A stretch of 60,236 nt of DNA, the filler included, from Sphacelaria rigidula (Eukaryota): assembly GCA_964200075.2 (NCBI GenBank). It is 6 parts of 6 records of this genome, joined end to end, with 100 filler letters (N's around TTAATTAATTAA, not from the genome) between each part and the next. Parts side by side here need not be neighbours in the genome. Positions count along the whole stretch, not along the records: positions 30,171 to 40,126 come from CAXNAA020007424.1; positions 40,227 to 50,182 come from CAXNAA020007425.1; 4 more parts are not named here. One strand, written 5' to 3'. This document shows positions 38,400-49,165 of this stretch, piece by piece. The number at the start of each line of letters is the position of its first letter. Positions within the stretch are counted from its first letter, which is position 1. Under the pieces are notes generated by a model, which worked only from the letters and a program-made list of their open reading frames with translations, made no database searches and was not told the origin of the DNA. Made by a program: the position numbers and the translations under genes.

Positions 38400-38569
38400 T
38401 CATCCACATGATGTGGCTGTGGTGGCGAGCAGGAGCAGCTGGGATCGCGGCGGTGGCAGCGGCGGGGGCGGGGGTGGGTCGAGTGGATATCCAGGCAGTT
38501 CATCCCCTATCTCCTCCTCGGAAGGTACTGGAGGATACCCTTCGTCCGGCGACGGCTATGGTAGACGAG
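30477..38569 (+). CDS. SPT5: Transcription elongation factor SPT5 (DSIF large subunit), 3' part: KOW domains, C-terminal repeat region (CTR) and Gly/Ser-rich tail; partial
   Basis: Phase-consistent exons: 30477-30650 ([40 protein letters not shown]4-like), 32420-32521, 33973-34086 ([41 protein letters not shown]5), 34813-34914, 35965-36320 (TPxHGSQ repeats, like the GSQTP repeats of metazoan SPT5) and 38433-38569 ([12 protein letters not shown]..). The NGN domain and the stop codon are not on this contig. Confidence 0.93.
38038..38186. mobile_element. hAT-like MITE (about 149 bp, 8-bp TSD); further copies at 33358-33501, 34542-34685, about 36430-36625, 39297-39444 and 59087-59255
   Basis: aagtgttg|CACACCCTGGATAATG ... 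CATCCAGGGTGTG|aagtgttg. The copy at 39297-39444 has taagattt/caagattt flanks. Copies share an internal aaaatgtactgcgta motif. Confidence 0.85.
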
Positions 38570-40299
38570 GTAAGTGATGGGGTTACAACGAGCACAGTGG
38601 AGGTCGATGTGTGTCTACCTGTGTGACCGTGCATGTGAATGTGAATGCGCCAGTGACTGTCATTCTCCAGTGTGTTCGCACGGGTGTGGAAGGACCCCGT
38701 GTACTTGATGTAGGGGGGGTGAGGTATACCACGTTCGAACCTCTTCAATACTAAACCTGCTACATGATCAACGGAGTAAATAAAATAGTCCGAGGTACCA
38801 TCATCAAGTGAAGAGTAGGCTAAGGAGGGAAGGAGAAGGGGGAGGGGGGGGGGATACTTATCTGCTGTTTGTCTTGGTCAGTTGACCATTGACCACGGAT
38901 CTCTTTCGAGACGGAGCACCGTTCCTACTCCTAATAGAGACACCTCCGACATTCGGGCGCTCATTACGTTTATTCGGTACATACACAAGGGACCTTTTGC
39001 CACGTGAATATATAATCTACACTATGCGAACACATGAGCAGTTTGCTGTCGAATCTGATTTTTTTTGTTATTGTGCTGTTCGTGCCAGATCCCGCCGTGC
39101 TGCTGCCAACTGACGGTGGATATCACGTTTTATGCTTTTAAAACAGCGAAGAGAAACACAGCATTATGTCGGTTGGACAGTGGACACAATCATTCATGCT
39201 TTCAAGAAAAGTGAGAAAAATATATATACGACGTGATCATCCCCGCTCTCAGTTCAGTTAGCATCGGTTTAAGTGGGGTCCGCGGGATTAAGATTTCGCA
39301 CCGTGGGAAATGACGATATATTACATTGTAAAAAAAGAAAAGGTGTACTACTGCTACGTCAATTGCAGTAGACAAAATATTCCATACCGTACTCAGTACA
39401 TTTTTTAAAACGTAACCTTTTGGATTGTCATTGTTCAGGGTGTGCAAGATTTCACAAATCAGTCATGTGAGAGACATACAGGTTCGACAATGCGATAACG
39501 ATGCACGCGTTCGCCAATACTCCAATATGAAATTCACACCCTGTACAATGAGAAACGAAAAGGGAGACGCGAGGCTGGGCTGAGCTTTTTACGTTCTTAT
39601 GCTACCGCCTTTCCCCGCCCGCCCGCCGTTGTTGTTTTATTTTTTCTCTGTTGCGCGTTGTTCGTGGCTCACTGTTGTTTTTTCGCGTCACTTGGTCGTG
39701 TTCCTTCCTCTTTTTTTTTTCGTGCAGCCTACTCTCCAGTTAGCAGCAGCGCTGGAAGCACTCAAGCCGGCGGGTTGACACCGGTAAAGCTCTTCACAAT
39801 CTCTTTTGTTTTGTTACGATTCGTACGTGATTCGTGGCCCGTATGTTGAATTTTCGAGTATGTGTGTGTGTGTGCGTGCGCGCGTGCGCGAGTGTAAGTA
39901 TTGAGTAAAGGCGTTTTTGTCACCGTCATGTGTACTTGCAAACAAGATTCTCAGCTATAATGGAGCTCTGGACGGAACAGCCTCAAAGTGCGTGCTTGGG
40001 CGGGGGAGGGGGGGGCGGGGGCGTACTCATTTGTTGCTTGCCTTAGTCGTTTGACCATTGACCACGCATCCCTTTCGAGACGGAGCAGGGGGGCGGGGGG
40101 GGGGTGTCCTCACGAGAATGCATGCCNNNNNNNNNNNNNNNNNNNNNNNNNNNNNNNNNNNNNNNNNNNNTTAATTAATTAANNNNNNNNNNNNNNNNNN
40201 NNNNNNNNNNNNNNNNNNNNNNNNNNAGGGAAAGCACGGCTTTTGAGTTGAACCTCGTTATTTTTTTCAACCCCATTTTCGAGAATCGGCTGTTAATTG

Positions 40300-41400
40300 T
40301 CCATTGTTCAGATGGACTACAACAATTCAGTCAATGCCGCTACAGGATTGGTTCCCAATGAAGGTCATATTGGTTTTATGTTCAGGTTGCAACTGACGGT
40401 GTTCGACCGGAAACCTATCGGTGGTCATCAAAGTTGGGATCGAGATACTGCGGAGCGCTATTTGTTTAGTAGTAATCGTCTTCGTCTTGCATATGAGGTG
40501 GTACGAGAGCAGAGCCAAATCAACGCGGCGGAAGTATTCAGGGCAAACACTGTGTTAAATGGTGTGGTAAACGATCGTACAGTGTGGCATGAACGTCAAT
40601 GAACATGGGTGTACCACGATGTGGAAAATGTCACTCAAGGAGCTAGCTCCAATGAGTCTTCGTTGGTTAAGGTTTTGAAGTCGAAACTATCCCTGACCTG
40701 GACTGGCCCATGCATGGAAATATTAGTGGTTGGGGTCTGTGATGCCGCACTTGACAATAGCCCGGCAGGCGAGAAACTTTTGTATTGAACTTTCCCACGG
40801 AGGAACTTGGCGTCAAGCCCAGAGCCCGGGTTTCGATGGTCAAGTGCAAACCGTGTCTGCCCCCACATGACGCAACTGATTTGCCCAAACAACTGCGAAT
40901 GGGGCTCAGTCAGTGCGTGCTAGCTGAATATACAGCAAAAACTCCGCCGTATCACATGACGGTCGAGGATGCCAACGAACCTCTCGAACGCGTGGTGGTG
41001 GGTCCTTCTTGGGCCATGATTTAGTCTGAAGTCGAGCAGATAAAATAGCGGGTATGTGTCAGACGCACTGGAAAGATATCATGCATGTTACGTGGGAAAC
41101 GGAAGTTAATTATGCGCCATTTTCGAAGAGGAACACTGTGATACTGGGTAGGAGGTGTTGTGGAACACTGTCCGTTAAACAAACGCTATAGATCCGTGCA
41201 AAGGTAGTAGCGGCTCGCGAGCTGGCACGGGAGCACTCCACGCGGTTTGTCATCGCCGGCTATAGCCTTGTTTCTCGTTCGAAATACTTAGGCTCTTTTG
41301 GTAATAAGCGCTTGCCCAAGGGCGCGTACGTTTGATACAAAGCAATGCATTCGCGGTGTTGGCTGGAAAAATTTAATTTGGTGGACCCGGCAGCGGACAA
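40300..41400 (+). mobile_element. Degenerate Ty3/Gypsy LTR-retrotransposon pol 3' end (integrase C-terminal region)
   Basis: YNNSVNAATGLVPNE (integrase YNxxxHxxTGxxP motif), followed by a WTGP motif at about 40700; many stops and frameshifts. A possible 3' LTR TGTC..GACA at 41637-42366 is unconfirmed. Confidence 0.75.
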
Positions 41401-42671
41401 CTCGTACTTTATTTGTTTTATCGATGACCCGGAGCCCATCATCACCCGCCTCGACGACGACTACTACACAGAGGTGCCAGCCGGCCGCCGAGGATATTGA
41501 TGATTACAACAACACGGGAAAGGCGACATCGACAAAGCTGTCGTACGCAATCCTGACGCGGCGTGGGACACCGATGGAGCTTGGTAGTGAATCTGCTTTT
41601 CCTTTCCATTTGTTTTCGTGCCATACCCCCTCGTGCTGTCGTTGGAGTTATGCGGATAAGTCCCGTGTTGTTCAGTTCTCCCCGTGTCCCCAGTAGCCGT
41701 TGCCATGTGTTTTCTGTACGAAAGTTCCATGTCCCGATTGTCGCCCTAGTATTTCCACTGCCTCCCCGAGTGGATTGTTCGGACTCTTCCCTGAGTACGG
41801 TCAGGGCATTGTGTCTTCTAGCATATATATGTGTGTTTTTGTTTTTTTTGTCCCTACGTTTTTGTGTGTGTTATTCCGTTTTGTGTTTTGTTGTGCAGGT
41901 CTTTTTCTTTCTTCTGCATTTATGGAGCGTCCGAGGGTCCCACCCCTCGAACATTTCAGTGCTTCGAGCCCTTTCAGGGCAGGTCTCCACGGTGTGTGTT
42001 ATTGTCCGCTTTGAACAGCTCAGTACGCCCGCTACTAACCCCCTTCACTAGTCTGGATCCCTCGGCGGGTCTTGCTGCCCGTCGCGTTATATTTTCTCGG
42101 GTGACCTCGATTCGTTGGATTAAGGCATGGCCGCCCCGGGTAGTGTTGTGAGTTGCATGCTTGAAGAGTTTTGTTATTGAACCTCGTAGCTTTTTGCATT
42201 GTGGTTGTCCGCTATGTATCATCATTTTGTATCATATTCGGGGACGTATTTGTTTTGGAATCGATCGTCGTCGAGTAGGTGTAATCGAATTGCTACAGGC
42301 AGTCAGTACAGTAACGAAACGATTGCCTGGGCTCGCTCGGCTTACTGCCGACTACGCTACTTGACAGTTATTTTCAGGCAAGAATTTTTTCGTCAGTGCT
42401 TGACGGCGTGGGTTACAAATGCAACGACAAGTGGTTGGTCATGGCATATTTTTGTCCCTGGTGAAACCACAGCCATATCTCGCCTCACCTCAGGATGACC
42501 ATCCTCACATGGCATTTTACGAGGGCACAGGTACAGACAAACATACCCTGCTGGGCACGCGACCGGTTGTACATCAGAAAAGCTCAGATTGCAGCATGGC
42601 AGCTCTCACATGGGTCACGACGGCAACAGTTAAGTCACCGCCACAGGTACTTTTCTCCACTCCGCATACTA

Positions 42672-42940
42672 GAGTAATGCTATGAGTGCACTGTTTCTAG
42701 CGAAAACGTTTCTCAGGGCTGCTCGGGGTGTTGGGCGGGTAATTCTGAGAATCGGCATCACTTTTACTTGAAAATTACTGGAAACGATGCTATTCACGAA
42801 AAGGCCCCTGCGTGCGAACACCATGTTCCTGGGAGTCCGGTCCCCGGAGATTTGGGTTGCATAGTAAGCCCCATGTATTTCGGATCCTACAAAAAAGAGA
42901 CCCAGAAACCAAAAATGCAACCCCTACCGTAGCATTGCTC
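42672..42940. mobile_element. MITE, GAG-terminal TIR family, inserted in the interspersed repeat
   Basis: acta|GAGTAATGCTATGAGTGCAC ... TGCAACCCCTACCGTAGCATTGCTC|acca. The homologous copy near 22495 lacks this insert (empty site). Confidence 0.8.
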
Positions 42941-43798
42941 ACCAAGAGGGTCCCCACGAGTGTTTGATCTCTCATACACACCCCCAACTGGGCTGTAGCA
43001 GACTCTTGTCCTTATAGTGTAGAGGTCGCGTACAATCAACGACGACAATAGTCACACCCCCCAACTTACGATTGGATCTTGGCACGACTGTCCTTGCTCG
43101 CATTTGTGTGCGTGACAACATACAGACCCCTCCTAGACTACTCCACGCTTAGCGGCGGTGAAGGAAAATTGCCCTGCTTTTCGACGACGTGTTCTGCGGC
43201 GCACAGAGGCACGTCTTGTCCAAATAGAGAGGGAGAAAGGAATCGATCCTCACATTGGTCACCACCATGGACAAGAGACGACAACCTTCGGCATCCTGAT
43301 CTTGTTTGGGGGGCTGCGCTACAATACCCCACCTGTCGGCCCTCAGCGAATTGGGTATGTGTTGGCAACATGATGCCAATTTTTCCAGCGATTGGTATTC
43401 GCCCAACGAGGACACGCAAAGTACGCGGGCGAGACGGAACTTCCTATCCGCCGTTGCTCCTCCGGTAGTATCGTCATCAACGCACGCGTACATCGCATTC
43501 GTTCGGTGCACCTGGCCACACCCACTTAACTGCAAGATGAGCGCTTTTTGCGTCAATAATTTCCTCTAGCACTACTGGTTCGCACAAAAACCTGAAGGTT
43601 TGGAAGACCATTTGAATCGCACTTTACTGTTCAACCTCATCTTTCATATCCTTTGTTTATATCGAAATGTTTAGAAATTGTGACAACACGAAACACACCC
43701 TCCCGCTTGGCTTTGGTGCCTTGGGTGCATTGCTGAACTGCCGCCGCCGGCCTTTTTAGAGGCGCATCTCCCCCCCTCCCCTCCGGCGCTCCCATCTG

Positions 43799-44162
43799 TT
43801 CGATGGTTGATTCCCAAAGCGGTGAACATTTCCAAGATCCGGAGAAATGATTCCGGATATAATACCCACGTACTTGCACTGAAGATATTCGAATCTTTGA
43901 GGTAGTAGCCGGTAACGGACATGTAGGTCATGACAGTGATCGTAAGTGTTGTTGTTTTTCACGCCTTGGGCTTTGCCCCCACCGAGGTCTTTCATCAACG
44001 CATCCCCTCATCGAGTCTTCTGAGCTTCTGGTTTCTACTCCACATGTCCAAGGTGGAGTCAGCTTGAGTCTACAGTGTAATGGGTATGTCACAGTAGTAC
44101 GGTGTTTGATACCGAAGTCTTACGCGAGCGATGTCCAATTAATACATGATACCTAAGCATAT
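43799..44162 (+). repeat. Direct repeat of about 365 bp, copy 1 (copy 2 at 48486-48850)
   Basis: ttcgatggttgattcccaaa...aatacatgatacctaa(g/a)catata occurs twice with only scattered substitutions. Confidence 0.92.
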
Positions 44163-47100
44163 ATCTCTTGTGGTTTGTTGCCAGTCGCAGTCGGCGCTGT
44201 GCACTTGCTGAGATCTCCTCTCGTGTGGTTGGTGCTGCACGAGATACTGACTAGCTGTCGCTGTCAGAGTAGCCTAGACTCAATACAGTGGACGCTGTAT
44301 TGAGTGACCAGTCGGGTCAGGGTGGCTGCTGTACGGTCTAAATATCCCGTTGTTTCATACTCGATGCGGTGTTGGGTGTGAGTGGCCATGTAGTCGTTGC
44401 TGCCTTGTGTACCCACGCCGAAGGCTTAACCAACACGCTAACGTCCAGTCTGGGGTAAGAGCCTGAGGTATACCGGGGTTTTGATTATGTCCGGGTAGGA
44501 TAGGACAGAAGATAAGTACACTGAGATGAACTCGAATCCGGGGAACTGACGTACGTTTCCGGAAGGACTGTAGAGGTGGTTATCTTTTCCTTGAAGGAGG
44601 TTGTTGGATATTTGCACCAGGATATTTGAGTGCCTTTTTCTGGAATGGAAATAACTTTGCAGTGGCTCCCTGACCCATTGTACTACGAAGGATTGTGTAG
44701 GTCACATGAGGATGCCATGCTTGCGGCTGCGGTGGTGAGGAAGATGGATGGCAAAATAAACACTGGAGCAATGTACCTCGAAACAAATGCGCAATGGAAG
44801 GCGCTCCGAATACATCTGTTTACCGAAGGCATACTGTGGTTCGTGACCGTTCTGTGTGCTGAATCGATTGATCTACGGAAAGATGGACTTTTCGTAAGAT
44901 GAGTATTTGCATATGAGATGGGGGCTCAGGTAGGGAAGGTTACCGAGTTCAGCGAAGAATCTCACGAGAGCATGGTTTATTCATCCACAGATAACTTCGA
45001 ACACGCACAAGGCGGTAGAAGCTCGCAGAGTTTTGTGTAGATGCGATACCGAACGGAAACCCGCAGAGGGGCTTGGTCGAGTATGGAGAGGTGGGCACGG
45101 ACATGATGCCGCTGGTGCCAGAGAGGCTACGGGCTGTGATGCACTCTATACAGGTTGCTTCTGAGGGCACTCAAAGTAAAGCTGATATCGGGGAGAGTTC
45201 TTCCGGTCCCGTGGGTGACGGGTTTAGGGCATATTCAGGGCTGTGGACTGACTGTTGGTTGTACTTGTAGTCCGGATGACTCTTTCATTCTAACCACCAA
45301 AACAGACGATAGCGAGGACTCAGAGCAGGTTTGTTTCTCGCTCACAGATGTAGGATACGGGGATGTGACTGAAAATGATGATTCTGGTATGTTGGCATGT
45401 AAGATGACTCACGAAGCGCGGATGGCGAAGACTCCGGGGGTACGGAAAAGTCGAGATGGATCGAGGCTCGTACCGTGCAAGGGTGGAATTTGTAGACGAC
45501 TTGTCGCTTACATGAGAGAGCACGCATCGCACTCCCATTTGAGAGGGGGGAAAGTGTTTGGATTCAAGTGGTTTCAGATGTGCCCTACGTTCTGTAGTGT
45601 TCTCAAAACCGATGTGTAATTCGTTTTCCCACGATGATTGAAACAGTAAGATTAAGCGCATGGTCAGCGCTGATGTGGTGTTGATGTGGTATAATTTTGT
45701 TCGAACTATTCCATGGCTGTGTCGGATTCTTGGACGTGAAGTAATGAAATGCCAGAGGTGGGTATGCCTTGCAGAGCATGGAAACACTGCGTGTTTAGGT
45801 GATGGCCTTCGCTGTCACTACGCGGGTTCAGTTGCTTCCGCCTTATGATGAAATAATGACTGCAAAACAATGTGGTGTGTTTTCACGTGTACATCAAATG
45901 TACTGGAACGTCGCCGTGCTGCAATTCCACTGTTTCCGACTGTCCCAACGTGTTTAACGAATAACAGGTTTGTGGCATGTCTCAATCTGTGGCGCGTAGA
46001 CTCTTCTGAAAGTTCGAAGGAATAAAAGCTCAACTGTACAACCGCCAGGCCTGTCCGTTTACGGGGCATAGTGAGAACTATTATTGTTGTGGGTAGTCGT
46101 CGTTGACATGGTGTGTTCTCTGCCTATTTATGCTGCATGCGCGGGGTTCACGAAGCAAGGAAAAGGGTAAGCTGCTTTTTGTTTTAGTGACTACCGGCTC
46201 GGCAGTTGACGCTGTGCGAGTCATCCTATTCGTATTGGTCAGACAGTCGGTACTGTTTGGACCGGGGTGCCTGACGCCTGTAACACTCGCGATCAAGTCT
46301 GCCAGGTGGGCGGGCACCTGTCATGAAGCATAAGGTTTCACTGTTGTTGGTGGTGAAGGTAATGAATCTCAACGTAAGGTTGGCTTGGGCGGAGCGCAGG
46401 GCGCCTCTACCCACCCCGTTTTGGTTCCACTAGAGCAGCACAACAGTATGCTGTGTATGGGGATCAAGAACAGAAATACCATGCGGTTCCGGTGTGATGC
46501 TCACAATATACATTCTATGAGACCTTATTGGGATGCACGAGCGGAAAAATTAGTATCTATTTGCAATGTGACGTTGACAGAACGAATATCCCTGTTTTTG
46601 CGTAGATACGGAGAAGTCAGTATTCACAATGTTGACACCTCGAAAACAATCATCACTGTTTTTGAGCAGGTGCGGGAAGATATGGTTCCATCATATTGTT
46701 TTTTTCATTCAGTGGAATATGCCAGAGTTGAAAGTTTGTTGACTACGTTACACAATATCGTTTCTTCATGGTTACATCAGTTCTTCTGAATTTCAATAAA
46801 TTTCTATAGTGTTTTGTAGTGTTGACCACAACTGATTGTTGAGAGACATGACAAAGGTGGATATATTAAACATATATGCTGGGTTCGAGCGAAGGTATAC
46901 ACAACAAGCCGTTTTACAACTACTAATGGGTGGAGAGTTTGCATAATCAACTCGATTTACCCGCACGCTTGAGCATTTCGAATTCGAAGCGCGAGTTTCA
47001 TACCGGAATGTTTTTCATGTGCTGTGTTCCCCGTACATGACGAAGTATAGGTCTTGATGGCATAAATGCTCTTGAGATGACAAACGGTGGTGCGATGATC

Positions 47101-48485
47101 GCGGACGGGATCGGCAGATATGTGGTGGTGCGATGATGCTGAACGAGGACAGCTGACACATCGACTCCCAACAAAGGTCACGGGCGGATGCGATCCGCTC
47201 CCAGCTCTTGGGTTGGACGAAGCGGGGAACATGTGCGTGAACCTTCCCCTGGCTTCGTATTTCCCCGTTGCGACCTTGGGGAGAGGGAAACGGTCTTATT
47301 TACCGTTGTGACTATGCTTTGTTGAGACATCCTACAGCCGTGATTGAAAACGGGGACGGCGAACAGCGGTTTACATATTTCACCACGGCTGAGACATAAA
47401 ACGCGATTGTTTCGCCTCTTGCCGCATGGAACCGGAGTCGAGAAAATATAGTTCAAAGCGCGTGATGCATATTTGGCCAGCCCTGTGTGCACTCGATGTG
47501 ACAGAATCAAAGTGGTTTGTGCGGGAGAGATCATGGAACCGAAGCCGTTTTTCTTAAATTCAATCGTAGGATCATTATTTCCGCAGATATGTTCTTTTCC
47601 CAAACTTGGGTCAAAGGAGTAGTAATTCAAACACTTGACAGCGGAGTCGATTCTAGTCTTCGAAAAATGGATTCAGGTGAAAGGACAGTTATATTTTAGT
47701 CGACCGTTTTCCGGGATTCGGGCGGGATAACGGGTTGAGTTGACTGAATGAAACATACTTCCATGATATACGACGAGCAGGGTATTGCGTTAAAGTAGTC
47801 GCAATCCGAGGAAATTGTACAACCGCCCAGCTGATCTTGCGGGATTGTGCTTTTCGCATTGCTTCGATTTTCTAAGTCGAATTCGAGAATCTATTTTCTG
47901 CTTCCACAACTTCTCCAGAGGGAAGACTTACTCTTATGGGGGCGTTCTCATGTGTTGCTTGCCCTAGTCGTGTGACCATTGACCACGCATCCCTTTCGTG
48001 GGGGGGGGGCGTTCGTTCCGTAGCAAGTTATGACCAGTAATTTCGCCTTTTGTGCATGGCATGTGATGCATTTTGAGCAGTCAAACGCTGGTTACGTCGG
48101 GAAGATGCAGTAGTAGATGAACGATTTAGGTACCGAGGTTTTAATTCTAGGTACCGAGATGTTATTCGAAGCGGGAATGTGCTATTTCTTACGCAGGGCT
48201 CAAGTTGAGAGAAGGATTGACGTATGCCATGTTTGCCTCGAGGTTTTTCCCACCTTATGCGAGCTAGGGATTGAAAAGTGCCCACGAGTCATTCGAATTT
48301 TCTCTGATGAAATTTCGCGAGCAGGGGAGGAAAATGTCATTTCTTTTGATTTTCCCATGTTCGGAATAACTGTCGAAAATGAAACGTTCACATGATGTTT
48401 CGACTTTGCGTGTCGACGTTGCGTAGTTATTTCGACGGCCAACAAGGAGGAAATATTGTCACTGATGTGCGAATAACGGAGGGTT

Positions 48486-48850
48486 TTCGATGGTTGATTC
48501 CCAAACCGGTGAACATTTCCAAGATCCGGAGAAATGATTCCGGATATAATACCCACGTACTCGCACTGAAGATATTCGAATCTTTGAGGTAGTAGCCAGT
48601 AACGGACATGTAGGTCATGACAGTGATCGTAAGTGTTGTTGTTTTTCACGCCTTGGGCTTTGCCCCCATCGAAGTCTGTCATCAACGCATCCTCTCATCG
48701 AGTCTTCTGAGCTTCTGGTTTCTACTCCACATGTCCGAGGTGGAGTCAGCTTGAGTCTAAAGTGTAATGGGTATGTCACAGTAGTACGGTGTTTGATACC
48801 GAAGTCTTGCGCGAGCGATGTCCAATTAATACATGATACCTAAACATATA
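48486..48850 (+). repeat. Direct repeat of about 365 bp, copy 2
   Basis: Matches 43799-44162. Confidence 0.92.
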
Positions 48851-49087
48851 CACGCGGCCATTCGGCTACCTTTAGAGGATTTTGTAAAACGAAACCCTAC
48901 CTAGCGTCCGTTTTTCAACTGCCCTCTAGAGGATATTGGGCATTTGCAATCCTCTAGAGGATATTGGGAATTTGTGATCCTCTGGAGGGTTTTCAAGGTT
49001 GGGGTCTCCCCCGAAGGTCTGTGTCAATATCGAAATCGTCTGGATCGTTTTCGAAGGCACGCGCATGCTATGTTAAACGCAATTCGG

Positions 49088-49165
49088 ACATCCTCTGCTG
49101 TTCGAAACAAATCCTTCATGCCCGACGTCGGGCATGAAGGATTTGTTTCGAACAGCAGAGGGTGT
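49088..49165. repeat. Loopless palindrome (perfect 70 bp at 49092-49161)
   Basis: cctctgctgttcgaaacaaatccttcatgcccgac|gtcgggcatgaaggatttgtttcgaacagcagagg. Confidence 0.95.

Noticed and set aside
38200..38400. Poly-C/poly-G tracts as G-quadruplexes or Pro/Gly-rich ORFs (also 9905-9957, 18938-19080, 32995-33032)
   Set aside because: Homopolymers next to gaps have unreliable lengths, and the ORFs are low-complexity by-products.
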